Below are positions 10,726-19,698 of a stretch of DNA of 64,000 nucleotides, piece by piece. The notes below the pieces were generated by a model. That model was given only the letters and a program-made list of their open reading frames with translations, was not told where the DNA came from and did no database searches. The stretch spans positions 1 to 64,000 of the IMG/VR virus record IMGVR_UViG_3300027963_005227. The stretch is one strand, 5' to 3'. The position numbers and the translations under genes were made by a program. Origin of the DNA: an uncultured virus (IMG/VR IMGVR_UViG_3300027963_005227) (Duplodnaviria; Heunggongvirae; Uroviricota; Caudoviricetes). Numbering within the stretch: the first letter of the stretch is position 1; the number at the start of each line of letters is the position of its first letter.

Positions 10726-11067
10726 TTAAGATACTGGAATTCTAATCCTATCAGCAACTTGAGCTTTTAGTTTAGGAAGTTTAATTTTCAAGACTCCCTT
10801 ATCTAGAGAAGATGAAATCTTTTCAATATCAACTGTTTTATAAAGCTTAATCTGATATTTATAAGGATAAGAAGCATTAGAGCTTACTACATCAAGAAGA
10901 TTATTAGAAGCAGTGATGCTAATTTCTGTTTTTTCAGAGCCAGGAACAATCATAATAGCTTCATAATAATCTTCAAGAGTGTTAATCTTAAAATCCCCAT
11001 TAAAACAGCAGCTTCCATCTGTATATAAAAGACTATTTAAATAGTTTGTAGTTTTATTTTCTGTCAT
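10726..11067 (-). CDS. Small heat-shock protein (Hsp20/alpha-crystallin)
   Basis: VPG..K.EI.I....N.L.V and VD.EKISS.LDKGVLKIKLPK motifs. Confidence 0.85.
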   Translation of the reverse strand: MTENKTTNYLNSLLYTDGSCCFNGDFKINTLEDYYEAIMIVPGSEKTEISITASNNLLDVVSSNASYPYKYQIKLYKTVDIEKISSSLDKGVLKIKLPKLKAQVADRIRIPVS

Positions 11068-11097
11068 ATAATATATTAATATAATTTAAATTAGAAA

Positions 11098-12171
11098 TCA
11101 AGAGAAAACTTTGTCTAAAATAATTTCTGTTGTATTTTTATAAGAGAGTTTTTTGCCAAGTTCAATTCCAGCAATATTAGAAACTCGATATTTTTTAATT
11201 GCAGAGTCCATAGCTTGCATAACAGATTCTTCACTCCAAGAGTAAAACTCCCCTTGATTAAATTCCTGCCCCTGCAAAAAGAAAACTCCATCATGTGCTG
11301 GAATTCTACCATCTGATTCAACTAAAATAGAATTTTCAGATGTTGCCCAATCTTTATGAGATGTTTCATTCAAAACAATTGACCATTTACCCAAGCAAGT
11401 AGCATTAAATGCTGGTAAATTCCAACCTTCAGCGCCACTTAAGCCTGTCAAATCAATGTCAATAGCATTTAAAAACTCATTAACTTCATGATTTGTTTGC
11501 AAGTAAGGAAGAAAATTAATATTAGTGTATCTTTTCCCCTCTAACAAATTGCCAATAATAGCTTGCATTTGTTCTGGTTTAAAAAATGGATTAGTAACAC
11601 AGCAAGATAGCTGATAGTCATTATTGTTTCCATATTTCTTCAGCCAAGTTTTAATGATTTTTTGAGTATGCTTTCGATGCTCAAATTTACCCATCAAGCC
11701 AAAATGAACTACATCTAAATACTTTTTATTTGTGATGTGAAGATCAGGATCGAAACCCATAGGCACAAAACTAGTATTTTCACATCCAAGATCAATGAAT
11801 TTATTTTGAGCATAAGTAGAACTAAAAAAGATTTTATCTTGAGCTTGCGCAATAGATACTTCAGTTTTTGTTGGCTCGCTGCACTCGTAGAATGTTAAAA
11901 GATTTTGATTAGGATTCTTACGATCATCAGAGCTATTTAAATGCCACAGCTTAAATGCTGGAACATCTTTTTTTAAGGCATCAAATCTTTGATTGATAGA
12001 CTTTTGAAGAAATTCTTTAAATTCATTCGATAAGTTGAAAGCTGACAAATCAACATTCCCAAAAGGAAACAAACCGATGTCAATATTTTTATTAAAAAAT
12101 TCTTTAAGAATGTTGATGCTAACATTTCCAAAACTTAAGGTGTTAAGAGCAGCTTGTACTAAGAGTTTCAT
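11098..12171 (-). CDS. GT-B (GT4-like) glycosyltransferase
   Basis: GKFEHRK and SGAEGWNLPAFNATCLGK resemble the GT4 E-X7-E region, with the second Glu replaced by Asn. Confidence 0.75.
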   Translation of the reverse strand: MKLLVQAALNTLSFGNVSINILKEFFNKNIDIGLFPFGNVDLSAFNLSNEFKEFLQKSINQRFDALKKDVPAFKLWHLNSSDDRKNPNQNLLTFYECSEPTKTEVSIAQAQDKIFFSSTYAQNKFIDLGCENTSFVPMGFDPDLHITNKKYLDVVHFGLMGKFEHRKHTQKIIKTWLKKYGNNNDYQLSCCVTNPFFKPEQMQAIIGNLLEGKRYTNINFLPYLQTNHEVNEFLNAIDIDLTGLSGAEGWNLPAFNATCLGKWSIVLNETSHKDWATSENSILVESDGRIPAHDGVFFLQGQEFNQGEFYSWSEESVMQAMDSAIKKYRVSNIAGIELGKKLSYKNTTEIILDKVFS

Positions 12172-12587
12172 TAGAATGGAATGTCTTCAGATTCGAATTG
12201 GTTTGATTCTTGCGGTTTAGAGTTTGACTTCTTAACCGTTTGAGTTGCAGATTCATCACTATTAGCCCCAGTATCTGGTTTTGGTGCTGAATTCATAAAT
12301 TTAACTTTTTCAGCGCGAATATATGGTTTAGTTTGAGTAGTTCCATCTTTTCCAGTCCAAGATGACATGCAAAGCTCGCCTTCAATCATAATCTCTTTTC
12401 CTTTCTTTAAGAATTGAGTGCAAATTTCAGCGAGTTTATCCCAACACTCACAATCAATAAAGCATTTATTTTTTGATTGAGAGTCTGAAATACAAACTCT
12501 AAATGTGCAAACTTGCTTGCCAGTAGAGATTGTGCGAGATTCTGGATCTTTTACTAGATGACCGATTCCGATGATTTTATTGTACAT
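12171..12587 (-). CDS. ssb: Single-stranded DNA-binding protein
   Basis: N..IGIGHLVKDPE, W.KLAE....LKKG....IEG, and an acidic EDIPF tail. Confidence 0.95.
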   Translation of the reverse strand: MYNKIIGIGHLVKDPESRTISTGKQVCTFRVCISDSQSKNKCFIDCECWDKLAEICTQFLKKGKEIMIEGELCMSSWTGKDGTTQTKPYIRAEKVKFMNSAPKPDTGANSDESATQTVKKSNSKPQESNQFESEDIPF

Positions 12588-13146
12588 AATTTAGTTCTTT
12601 TTTAGCTTTGATAATGAATTTATTGTGAATATCTATGCATCCCTGAATGCTCATTCCAAGTTCTTTAGCAATCAATTTCCAAGGAATGACCTTATTATAC
12701 ATGGAGTTATATCTCATGTCAATAATTTTTCTTACTCTTGAATCAGGATATTTTTTCGAATAATCAAGAATGCTTTGAATGAGTTCTTGCTTGTGAATAG
12801 ACTTTGTAAAGTCTTCGCAAAAAGGTTCTGAAATAATTTTATCAAGAGGCTCTTCCATCATCTTTTTATTTTTATTATAAAGATTCAAGCATTTCCATCT
12901 TGTTTCATTTGCCAGGTGAGTAGAGAATTTAGTGTTTCTATCTGGCTCATATTTTAAAGCTGCACAATAGATTGTAAAGTCTTTTTCTAGCAAAACATCG
13001 TGTTTATTAACAATGCCAGAATAGTCTGGAATAACACGATTAACCATTTCTAAATAAATTCCAGAATGTCGATTGATGAGTTCTTTTAGACTTTCATCAT
13101 CGCGATTTTCTTTAATTTTATTGATGAGAGATAAATCAGAGTCCAC
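12577..13146 (-). CDS. Phage sigma-70-family sigma factor (probable GTG start at 13146)
   Basis: Region 2-like ELINRHSGI...KYEPDRNTKFSTH. Region 4 HTH IIDMRY...WKLIAKELGMS. Confidence 0.7.
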   Translation of the reverse strand: MDSDLSLINKIKENRDDESLKELINRHSGIYLEMVNRVIPDYSGIVNKHDVLLEKDFTIYCAALKYEPDRNTKFSTHLANETRWKCLNLYNKNKKMMEEPLDKIISEPFCEDFTKSIHKQELIQSILDYSKKYPDSRVRKIIDMRYNSMYNKVIPWKLIAKELGMSIQGCIDIHNKFIIKAKKELNYVQ

Positions 13147-13714
13147 GGTTAATCCAATCTTTAGGAACAATCCCTGTTAAAATTGAGTGAGCAATAGCTT
13201 GAATCCATCTTTCATCATTCATGGTATGCCATGTAAAAGCTGAATCAGCATTTTGCTGCAATAAAGAATTGTTTTTTTCTTCTTCTTCATTTGCATTAGG
13301 AACTAAAGTTCCATCTGGAAGAGTTCGATTAACAAACACAATCTTTCCACCTTGCTGTTTGATCCAATTAAATTCATTCTCAAATCGAACATCGCTAATG
13401 ATTACTATTTTGTTAGAATGCATTCTTTTTTCAAGAGCCTCAATCCAAACGTTATCATTTAGTTTGCGCCTTACATGAGTTCCCCATGTTACCAAAAGTG
13501 GCCGAATAATATCTTTTTCTTCTGTAACTTCTGTAAAAATGTCAATGCCTAAAGTTTTCTTAACAAAACTTTTACATTCATATTTTAATTCTTTAGCAAA
13601 AGATAGTTTTTGAGTTTTAACTTTATACTCTTTAAAAATTTCGATGAAGCTGTCGGCTAGGGTATCTTTACCACTTCTAGCTGGTCCACAAATTCCAATA
13701 ATTCTATCGTTCAT
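13136..13714 (-). CDS. Deoxynucleoside monophosphate kinase (T4 gp1-like)
   Basis: IIGICGPARSGKDT P-loop; FA.ELK, R.LL..WGT and ISDVRFENE motifs. ATG overlaps the dut stop. Confidence 0.85.
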   Translation of the reverse strand: MNDRIIGICGPARSGKDTLADSFIEIFKEYKVKTQKLSFAKELKYECKSFVKKTLGIDIFTEVTEEKDIIRPLLVTWGTHVRRKLNDNVWIEALEKRMHSNKIVIISDVRFENEFNWIKQQGGKIVFVNRTLPDGTLVPNANEEEEKNNSLLQQNADSAFTWHTMNDERWIQAIAHSILTGIVPKDWINRGL

Positions 13715-14214
13715 ACTCCTGTGCTGCCAAAGCATCCCTCCCCTCTTAATGTTTCACTAAACGAATCGCATTGTTCAAGCTGCATAAAGTTTGATTTTTG
13801 AAAAACTAATTGTGCAATTTTATCTCCCTTTTTATAAATAGAATCTGGATTAATAAAAACAGCATGACTAGCACTAAATCTTCCAAGATTATTAATATCT
13901 TCTGGAGATGCAAGATACTTGAATCTTACTTTGATAGTTCCTCTGTAGCTAGAATCAATAACTCCAACACTATTGCATAAAATTAAATTCTTGGTAGAGA
14001 TTGAAGATCTTGGGAAAAGTAGAGTGTGAAACTCAGAACTAGGATCAATGATTAAACCAGAATCATATTCAATATAATCAATGTGAGTATATCCACTCGA
14101 TTCATTGCATTTTCCAACAATATTTGGTTCTGAGTTTGCAAAAATATCATAGCCAACATCTCCATTTGATGGAGAACTAATCAAAGAAATGTTATTAACT
14201 TTAAGTTTATTCAT
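13711..14214 (-). CDS. dut: dUTPase (trimeric)
   Basis: GYDI, PRSS, GVIDSSYRG, KIAQLV and RGEGCFGSTG motifs. Confidence 0.95.
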   Translation of the reverse strand: MNKLKVNNISLISSPSNGDVGYDIFANSEPNIVGKCNESSGYTHIDYIEYDSGLIIDPSSEFHTLLFPRSSISTKNLILCNSVGVIDSSYRGTIKVRFKYLASPEDINNLGRFSASHAVFINPDSIYKKGDKIAQLVFQKSNFMQLEQCDSFSETLRGEGCFGSTGV

Positions 14215-14476
14215 TTATAAATTTAATTAAATCTGATGAGAATTCATGAAGACCAATATCTGCTAAAATTTTTGGCGCATAAATCATATGTAAATTCTCT
14301 AAATCTTTAGTAATTGGAATCACTACAATCATAGCTCCAATTGGAAAGTTTACAACTTTTGCAGAATCAACTATTTTTTGCACAGCTAACGACGCAGCTT
14401 CTTCAGCAGATTTTGCTGATACTGATACCTCCCAGTTAGCACTTGAGCATAAATATTCTTGCTGTTTATCATTCAT
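14207..14476 (-). CDS. Hypothetical protein
   Basis: First gene of the minus block; TTGACA upstream; overlaps the dut start. Confidence 0.6.
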   Translation of the reverse strand: MNDKQQEYLCSSANWEVSVSAKSAEEAASLAVQKIVDSAKVVNFPIGAMIVVIPITKDLENLHMIYAPKILADIGLHEFSSDLIKFINE

Positions 14477-14575
14477 TAAGGCAATTAAGCATAGAATTAT
14501 GATCTGTCAAATAAAATTTATACATAAAGTAAAATGTTTTACTACGTAGTTGGATAGCGTTTCGTTTTCAATTCA

Positions 14576-14761
14576 AACTCGCTCCGCTCGTTAATACTTC
14601 GCTACGCTCAGTATTATATACAGATATTTTGTACTGTCAAGTGCAAATGCACTGAGATAAAGATTTTTTTCAAAAATCTTTAATTAATTTGCGAAGCAAA
14701 TTAATTATTCAGAGCATCTGCATATTCAACTGGCATTGCTATGGCGAAAAGGAGTTGAATA
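14576..14761. other. Cluster of DNA hairpins at the strand switch (candidate origin or regulatory region)
   Basis: Inverted repeats at 14576-14592, 14592-14616, 14658-14682 and 14681-14707, plus 14723-14731 paired with 14753-14761. Confidence 0.6.
14613..14640 (-). promoter_or_regulatory. Consensus sigma70-type promoter
   Basis: TTGACA-16 nt-TATAAT on the minus strand. Confidence 0.75.
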
Positions 14762-14856
14762 AGGTTGCATTGTTTTTTTAGTTGTCAAGGGCAAAATTTA
14801 AAGAAAAATTCCATTTGCTATTCTTGATTTCTAGACTATGGTGTAAGATATTAGCC

Positions 14857-15828
14857 ATGAGTATTTTTGACGAACAAGTATCTAGAAAACCCAACCTTTA
14901 TCCCTGGACAGAGCAATTTATTGATGCTATGCATAACAATGCGTGGTCTCATAAAAGGTGGAATTTTAAATCGGACGTTCAAGATTTTAAAGTCTCATTG
15001 AGCGAGAGAGATAGGGAAATCATCATTCGCACATTGTCTGCGATTGGGCAAATTGAAGTTGCCGTTAAAACATTTTGGGCAAAATTAGGAGATAATCTTC
15101 CTCATCCAGCCATTCAAGATCTTGGTTTTGTAATGGCAAATACAGAAGTTGTTCATAATAATGCTTATGAAGCACTACTAACAATACTTGATTTAAATGA
15201 TGTGTTTGAGGAGAATCTCAAACTTGATTGGATTCAAGGAAGAGTGAAGTATTTGAAAAAGTATACTCATCGCTATTATAAAGATTCTAAAAAACAATTT
15301 CTTTATAGCATCATTTTGTTCACTCTCTTTGTCGAAAATGCTTCGTTATTCAGTCAGTTTTATGTTATTAACTGGTTTGGTAAAAATAACTTACTAAAAG
15401 ATACTAATCAGCAAGTTAGATATACTAAAAATGAAGAGATGATTCATGGTCTTATTGGAATTCAAATCATCAATGATATTAGAAAAGAGTTCCCAGAATT
15501 ATTTGATGCTGAACTAGAAGGGAGAATTTTGCACGAAGCTCAAGAAGCTTTAGTTGCAGAGTCTAAAATTATTGATTGGATTGTTAATGGAGCCGAAGAA
15601 GACTTATTATCTGCCTCAATTCTTAAAGAATTTGTGAAAAATAGAATCAATGAATCTTTCGGTTTGATTGGATTCAAGAAGGCTTTTTCAATTGATGACG
15701 AACTTCTTGCAAAAACAAAATGGTTTGATGAGAGTTTATACGGAAATACAGCGTCTGATTTCTTTTACAGTACTCCAGTAGAGTATTCTAAAGATAATAA
15801 GAGTTTTGATGAAAATGATTTATTCTAA
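14857..15828 (+). CDS. nrdB: Ribonucleotide reductase class Ia beta subunit (start at 14857)
   Basis: E..HNNAY with the radical Tyr, VENASLFSQF, EE.IH and C-terminal DFF...P.EYSK. Confidence 0.92.
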   Translation: MSIFDEQVSRKPNLYPWTEQFIDAMHNNAWSHKRWNFKSDVQDFKVSLSERDREIIIRTLSAIGQIEVAVKTFWAKLGDNLPHPAIQDLGFVMANTEVVHNNAYEALLTILDLNDVFEENLKLDWIQGRVKYLKKYTHRYYKDSKKQFLYSIILFTLFVENASLFSQFYVINWFGKNNLLKDTNQQVRYTKNEEMIHGLIGIQIINDIRKEFPELFDAELEGRILHEAQEALVAESKIIDWIVNGAEEDLLSASILKEFVKNRINESFGLIGFKKAFSIDDELLAKTKWFDESLYGNTASDFFYSTPVEYSKDNKSFDENDLF

Positions 15829-15873
15829 AAAACTGGAGATTTATTAATAAGACATTATAACTAACATAGAAAA
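15817..15873 (+). repeat. Direct repeat copy 1 flanking fcl
   Basis: GATTTATTCTAAAAAACTGGAGATTTATTAATAAGACATTATAACTAACATAGAAAA. Confidence 0.75.
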
Positions 15874-15875
15874 GT

Positions 15876-16817
15876 ATGTTCATGGACAGTAAAAGTAAAA
15901 TCCTGATTGCGGGAGCTAAGGGAATGGTTGGATCTGCAATCATAAGAAAATTAAAAGAAAAAGGATATAATAATATCGTTGCTGGAACTCGCGATTTGGT
16001 TGATTTCACAAATTCCAAAGAAACTAAATATTTCTTTAGTAGAGTAAAACCTGATTACGTGTTTGTTGCCGCTGCCAAGGTTGGTGGTATTATTGCAAAC
16101 AATAATTACAAAGCAGATTTTCTTTATGAAAATTTGATGATTCAGAATAATATTATTCATAATGCCTATAATTTTGGAGTTAAAAAACTTCTGTTTCTTG
16201 GTTCTTCCTGCATCTATCCAAGACTTGCCACTCAACCAATCACAGAAGATCAGTTGATGACTGGCGCTCTGGAGCCTACGAATGATGCCTATGCAATTGC
16301 AAAGATTGCTGGAATTAAACTATGTGAAGCATATCGTCAGCAGTATGGATTTAATGCTATTTCTTTGATGCCAACAAATCTTTACGGTCCTAATGATAAT
16401 TTTGATTTAGAAACATCACATGTTCTTCCTGCAATGATTTCAAAGTTTCACAATGCCCTTAACTATAGCAAACACTGTGAAGTGAAGCTTTGGGGAGATG
16501 GTTCTACAATGCGTGAGTTTTTACACGTTGATGATTTGGCAGATGCATGTTATATTTGTATGCAGAACTACGATGAAATGGGACATATTAATATTGGAAC
16601 TGGTGAGGACATAATGATTAAACAACTGGCAGGGATAATTGCCAATATCGTTGGTTATGATCGTGATATTAACTGGGATACAACAAAACCAAATGGAACT
16701 CCAAGAAAAGTTTTAAATATAGATAAAATTAAATCCTTTGGTTGGCAGCCTAAAATTAATCTCTGTGAAGGTATTGAAAAAACTTATGAATGGTATAAGA
16801 AAAATATTATCGTTTAA
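15876..16817 (+). CDS. fcl: GDP-L-fucose synthase
   Basis: GAKGMVG, AAAKVGGI.AN, LGSSCIYP, YAIAKIAG, PTNLYGP.DNF and REFLHVDD motifs. Confidence 0.95.
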   Translation: MFMDSKSKILIAGAKGMVGSAIIRKLKEKGYNNIVAGTRDLVDFTNSKETKYFFSRVKPDYVFVAAAKVGGIIANNNYKADFLYENLMIQNNIIHNAYNFGVKKLLFLGSSCIYPRLATQPITEDQLMTGALEPTNDAYAIAKIAGIKLCEAYRQQYGFNAISLMPTNLYGPNDNFDLETSHVLPAMISKFHNALNYSKHCEVKLWGDGSTMREFLHVDDLADACYICMQNYDEMGHINIGTGEDIMIKQLAGIIANIVGYDRDINWDTTKPNGTPRKVLNIDKIKSFGWQPKINLCEGIEKTYEWYKKNIIV

Positions 16818-16832
16818 TCATCTAGGTAAAGC

Positions 16833-16890
16833 GATTTATTCTAAAAAAATATAGATTTAATAAATAATATAATATAATTAACATGGAAAA
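16833..16890 (+). repeat. Direct repeat copy 2 flanking fcl (contains the nrdA start)
   Basis: GATTTATTCTAAAAAAATATAGATTTAATAAATAATATAATATAATTAACATGGAAAA. Confidence 0.75.
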
Positions 16891-19660
16891 AAATATTTAC
16901 TGGCTCAATGCAGATTCTCGCAAATTTTTAAGCAGCGGTTATTTGATGGACGGCGAAACTGCTGAGCAGAGAATATCTGATGTTGCACAAACAGCAGAAA
17001 GTCTTTTATCTGTAAGCGAGGATTGTATTACTAAAGTTAATGATTACCTCAAATGCAAAAGTTTTGCTGAGAAGTTCGCAGACTATCTTGAGCGTGGATT
17101 TTATTCATTATCATCTCCTAATTGGTCAAACTTTGGCAGAAAAAGAGGTCTTCCAATTTCTTGTTTTGGAACTTATCTAGAAGATTCTATCGAGTCTATT
17201 ACTGGTCATAAACTTGCTGAAATCAGCATGATGACAAAATCTGGGGGAGGCACTAGCGCATTTTTTGGCAATGTTCGTCCTAGAGGATCTAAAATTTCAT
17301 CTGGTGGAGAATCAACAGGTTCAGTTCATTTTATGGAACTCTACGATAAGATGATGACTGTTGTCTCTCAGGGAAATACGAGAAGAGGAGCTTGTGCAAT
17401 ATATCTTCCAATTGATCATGGTGATATCGAAGAATTTTTAAAAATTAAATCAGAAGGAAATGATATTCAAGAACTCTCAATTGGAGTCTGCGTCACTAAT
17501 AAGTGGATGCAGGACATGATTGATGGCAATAAAGAAAATAGAAGAATCTGGGGTCTTGTGATTCAAAAGAGATTTGAAAGCGGATATCCATACATCTTTT
17601 TCTCTGATAACGCTAATGATCAAGCCCCTCAAGTTTATAAAGATAAAAATTTAAAAATCAGTCATTCAAATCTTTGCGTCACTGGAGATCAAAGGGTTAT
17701 TTCTAATTTTGGAATTTTAACGGCAAAAGAACTCTATGAAAATGGAGATGAGTTAATTCTTTTTGATAATGAAAAAGAAGTAAAAGCATCAAAAATGAAA
17801 TTAGTTGAGAAAGATGCTGATGTTTTTGAAATTAAACTTGAGAATGGAATGTCGCATAAAATTACATCCTATCATAAAGTTTCTACAAAAGATGGGGATA
17901 TAGCATGTCACGATTTAAAAATTGGAGATTCTGTTGCGGTTCAAACAAATAAGGGAATTTTTGGAAATAATGATATGACCAAAGAAGCATTTCTTCTTGG
18001 TTTATATCAAGCTGATGGAACTCAACATAAAGATTATATTATGATTGATATTTGGAGAAATGATTTTGATTTAATTGAAGAAGTTCAAAATGCTCATGAT
18101 TTCGTATCTGATAAATATAAAACTCAAATTTCTCTCTATAATAATAGAGTTTATCAAAACGCTAGTTTTTGCAACTGTGTTGTTGCTGAAGGGTCTCATG
18201 AGAAAAAAAGACTATCTAGTAAAGCACTTAAAAAAGCATTGAATTTTGAAAAAGGATACGTTCCAGAATGGATCTGGTCGTCCAATGAAGAAACGCTATG
18301 GCAATACATTAGAGGTCTTTACTATGCAGACGGAACTGTGTTTAAATCTAAATCATCTGGAGAACCACTTCAAATTTCACTAGCTTCAATTAACAAAGAA
18401 TTTCTAGAAGAAGTGCAAATTATTTTAGCAAATCTTGGAATGCAATCATCAATTCGCCTTTTAAGAGAAAGTTGTGAGTCGTTACTTCCTGATGGACATG
18501 GAGGAAACAAAATGTATAAAACTAAAACTGCTTGGAGATTAATTATTGGAAATAAAAATGATGCATTAGTTTTTAATAAAAATACTAAATTTCTTGATAG
18601 AAAAAATATTATTCTAGAGGATCGTGAATATAGAGATAATACTAAAAAATTCTATAAAGTTTCATCTATTTCTAATATTGGGCAAGAGGATGTCTATTGT
18701 TGCACAGTAGAATCAAAATCTCATCACTGGATCTGCAATGGAGTTGTTACTCACAACTGTAATGAAATAATGCTTGCTGATTCTCCAACAGAATCTTTTG
18801 TTTGTAATTTGTCATCTCTGAATCTGGATAAGTGGGAAGAGTGGAAAGATACTGATGCTGTTGAAACAATGGTATTTTTCTTGGATGCTGTCATGACAGA
18901 GTTTATTAATAAAACTGAAAACATGGCATTCATGAGTCATGCTCGCAACTTTGCAATCAATCAGAGAGCGCTTGGTATTGGAGTTCTTGGTTGGCATTCA
19001 CTACTTCAGTCTAAAATGATTCCTTTTGAATCAATGGATGCTAAAATTTTAAATAACCAAATTTGGAAAACAATCAGAAATCGCGCCGATGTGGCTACTG
19101 AGAAATTAGCTGAAATCTATGGAGAACCAGCATTACTTGAAGGATATGGTCGTCGTAATGTGACTACAATAGCTGTAGCTCCAACAGTAAGCTCAAGCTT
19201 TATTCTTGGTCAAGTCTCTCAGGGCATTGAACCTTTAAATGGCAATTACTTTGTTAAAGGATTAGCTAAGGGCGATTTCTCTTATCAAAATCCCTATTTA
19301 GAAAAATTGCTAATTGAAAAAAATCAAAACTCCGCAGAAGTTTGGAAATCTATTTTAATTCGAGGAGGATCTGTTGCTCATTTAGATTTCTTGTCTGAAA
19401 ATGAAAAAGCTACTTTTAAAACTTTTGGAGAAATCTCTCAGAAAGAAATTATCATTCAAGCCTCTCAACGTCAAAAATACATTGACCAAGGTCAAAGCTT
19501 AAACATCATGATTCCTCCTTCAGCATCTGCCAAAGAAGTTAATCAACTTATGATTTTTGCATGGGAACAAGGAATCAAAGGCTTGTATTATCAAAAGAGC
19601 GCTAATCCAGCGCAAGAACTAGCTCGCTCTATTCTCAATTGCGAATCATGCCAAGCATAA
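16883..19660 (+). CDS. nrdA: Ribonucleotide reductase class I alpha subunit, intein-containing, no ATP cone
   Basis: PISCF, SQG..RRGA, SNL|CNEI, APT.SSS, KGLYY and C-terminal CESC. Confidence 0.95.
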   Translation: MEKNIYWLNADSRKFLSSGYLMDGETAEQRISDVAQTAESLLSVSEDCITKVNDYLKCKSFAEKFADYLERGFYSLSSPNWSNFGRKRGLPISCFGTYLEDSIESITGHKLAEISMMTKSGGGTSAFFGNVRPRGSKISSGGESTGSVHFMELYDKMMTVVSQGNTRRGACAIYLPIDHGDIEEFLKIKSEGNDIQELSIGVCVTNKWMQDMIDGNKENRRIWGLVIQKRFESGYPYIFFSDNANDQAPQVYKDKNLKISHSNLCVTGDQRVISNFGILTAKELYENGDELILFDNEKEVKASKMKLVEKDADVFEIKLENGMSHKITSYHKVSTKDGDIACHDLKIGDSVAVQTNKGIFGNNDMTKEAFLLGLYQADGTQHKDYIMIDIWRNDFDLIEEVQNAHDFVSDKYKTQISLYNNRVYQNASFCNCVVAEGSHEKKRLSSKALKKALNFEKGYVPEWIWSSNEETLWQYIRGLYYADGTVFKSKSSGEPLQISLASINKEFLEEVQIILANLGMQSSIRLLRESCESLLPDGHGGNKMYKTKTAWRLIIGNKNDALVFNKNTKFLDRKNIILEDREYRDNTKKFYKVSSISNIGQEDVYCCTVESKSHHWICNGVVTHNCNEIMLADSPTESFVCNLSSLNLDKWEEWKDTDAVETMVFFLDAVMTEFINKTENMAFMSHARNFAINQRALGIGVLGWHSLLQSKMIPFESMDAKILNNQIWKTIRNRADVATEKLAEIYGEPALLEGYGRRNVTTIAVAPTVSSSFILGQVSQGIEPLNGNYFVKGLAKGDFSYQNPYLEKLLIEKNQNSAEVWKSILIRGGSVAHLDFLSENEKATFKTFGEISQKEIIIQASQRQKYIDQGQSLNIMIPPSASAKEVNQLMIFAWEQGIKGLYYQKSANPAQELARSILNCESCQA
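17675..18757 (+). mobile_element. Class 1 intein (361 aa) with LAGLIDADG endonuclease in NrdA
   Basis: NL|CVTGDQ...VVTHN|CNE. LAGLIDADG motifs LLGLYQADG and IRGLYYADG. Confidence 0.95.
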
Positions 19661-19698
19661 TTCCAGTCAAATTATTAAAAAAAAGTGTATTATTATTT

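Noticed and set aside
14477..14856. tRNA or known riboswitch in the large intergenic region
   Set aside because: No cloverleaf, T-loop or recognisable aptamer; the hairpins fit DNA-type motifs better.
14782..14856. N-terminal extensions from the ORF track (nrdB 14782; also 19639, 13735, 50647, 62166)
   Set aside because: Downstream ATGs fit family N-termini, overlaps and promoter spacing better.
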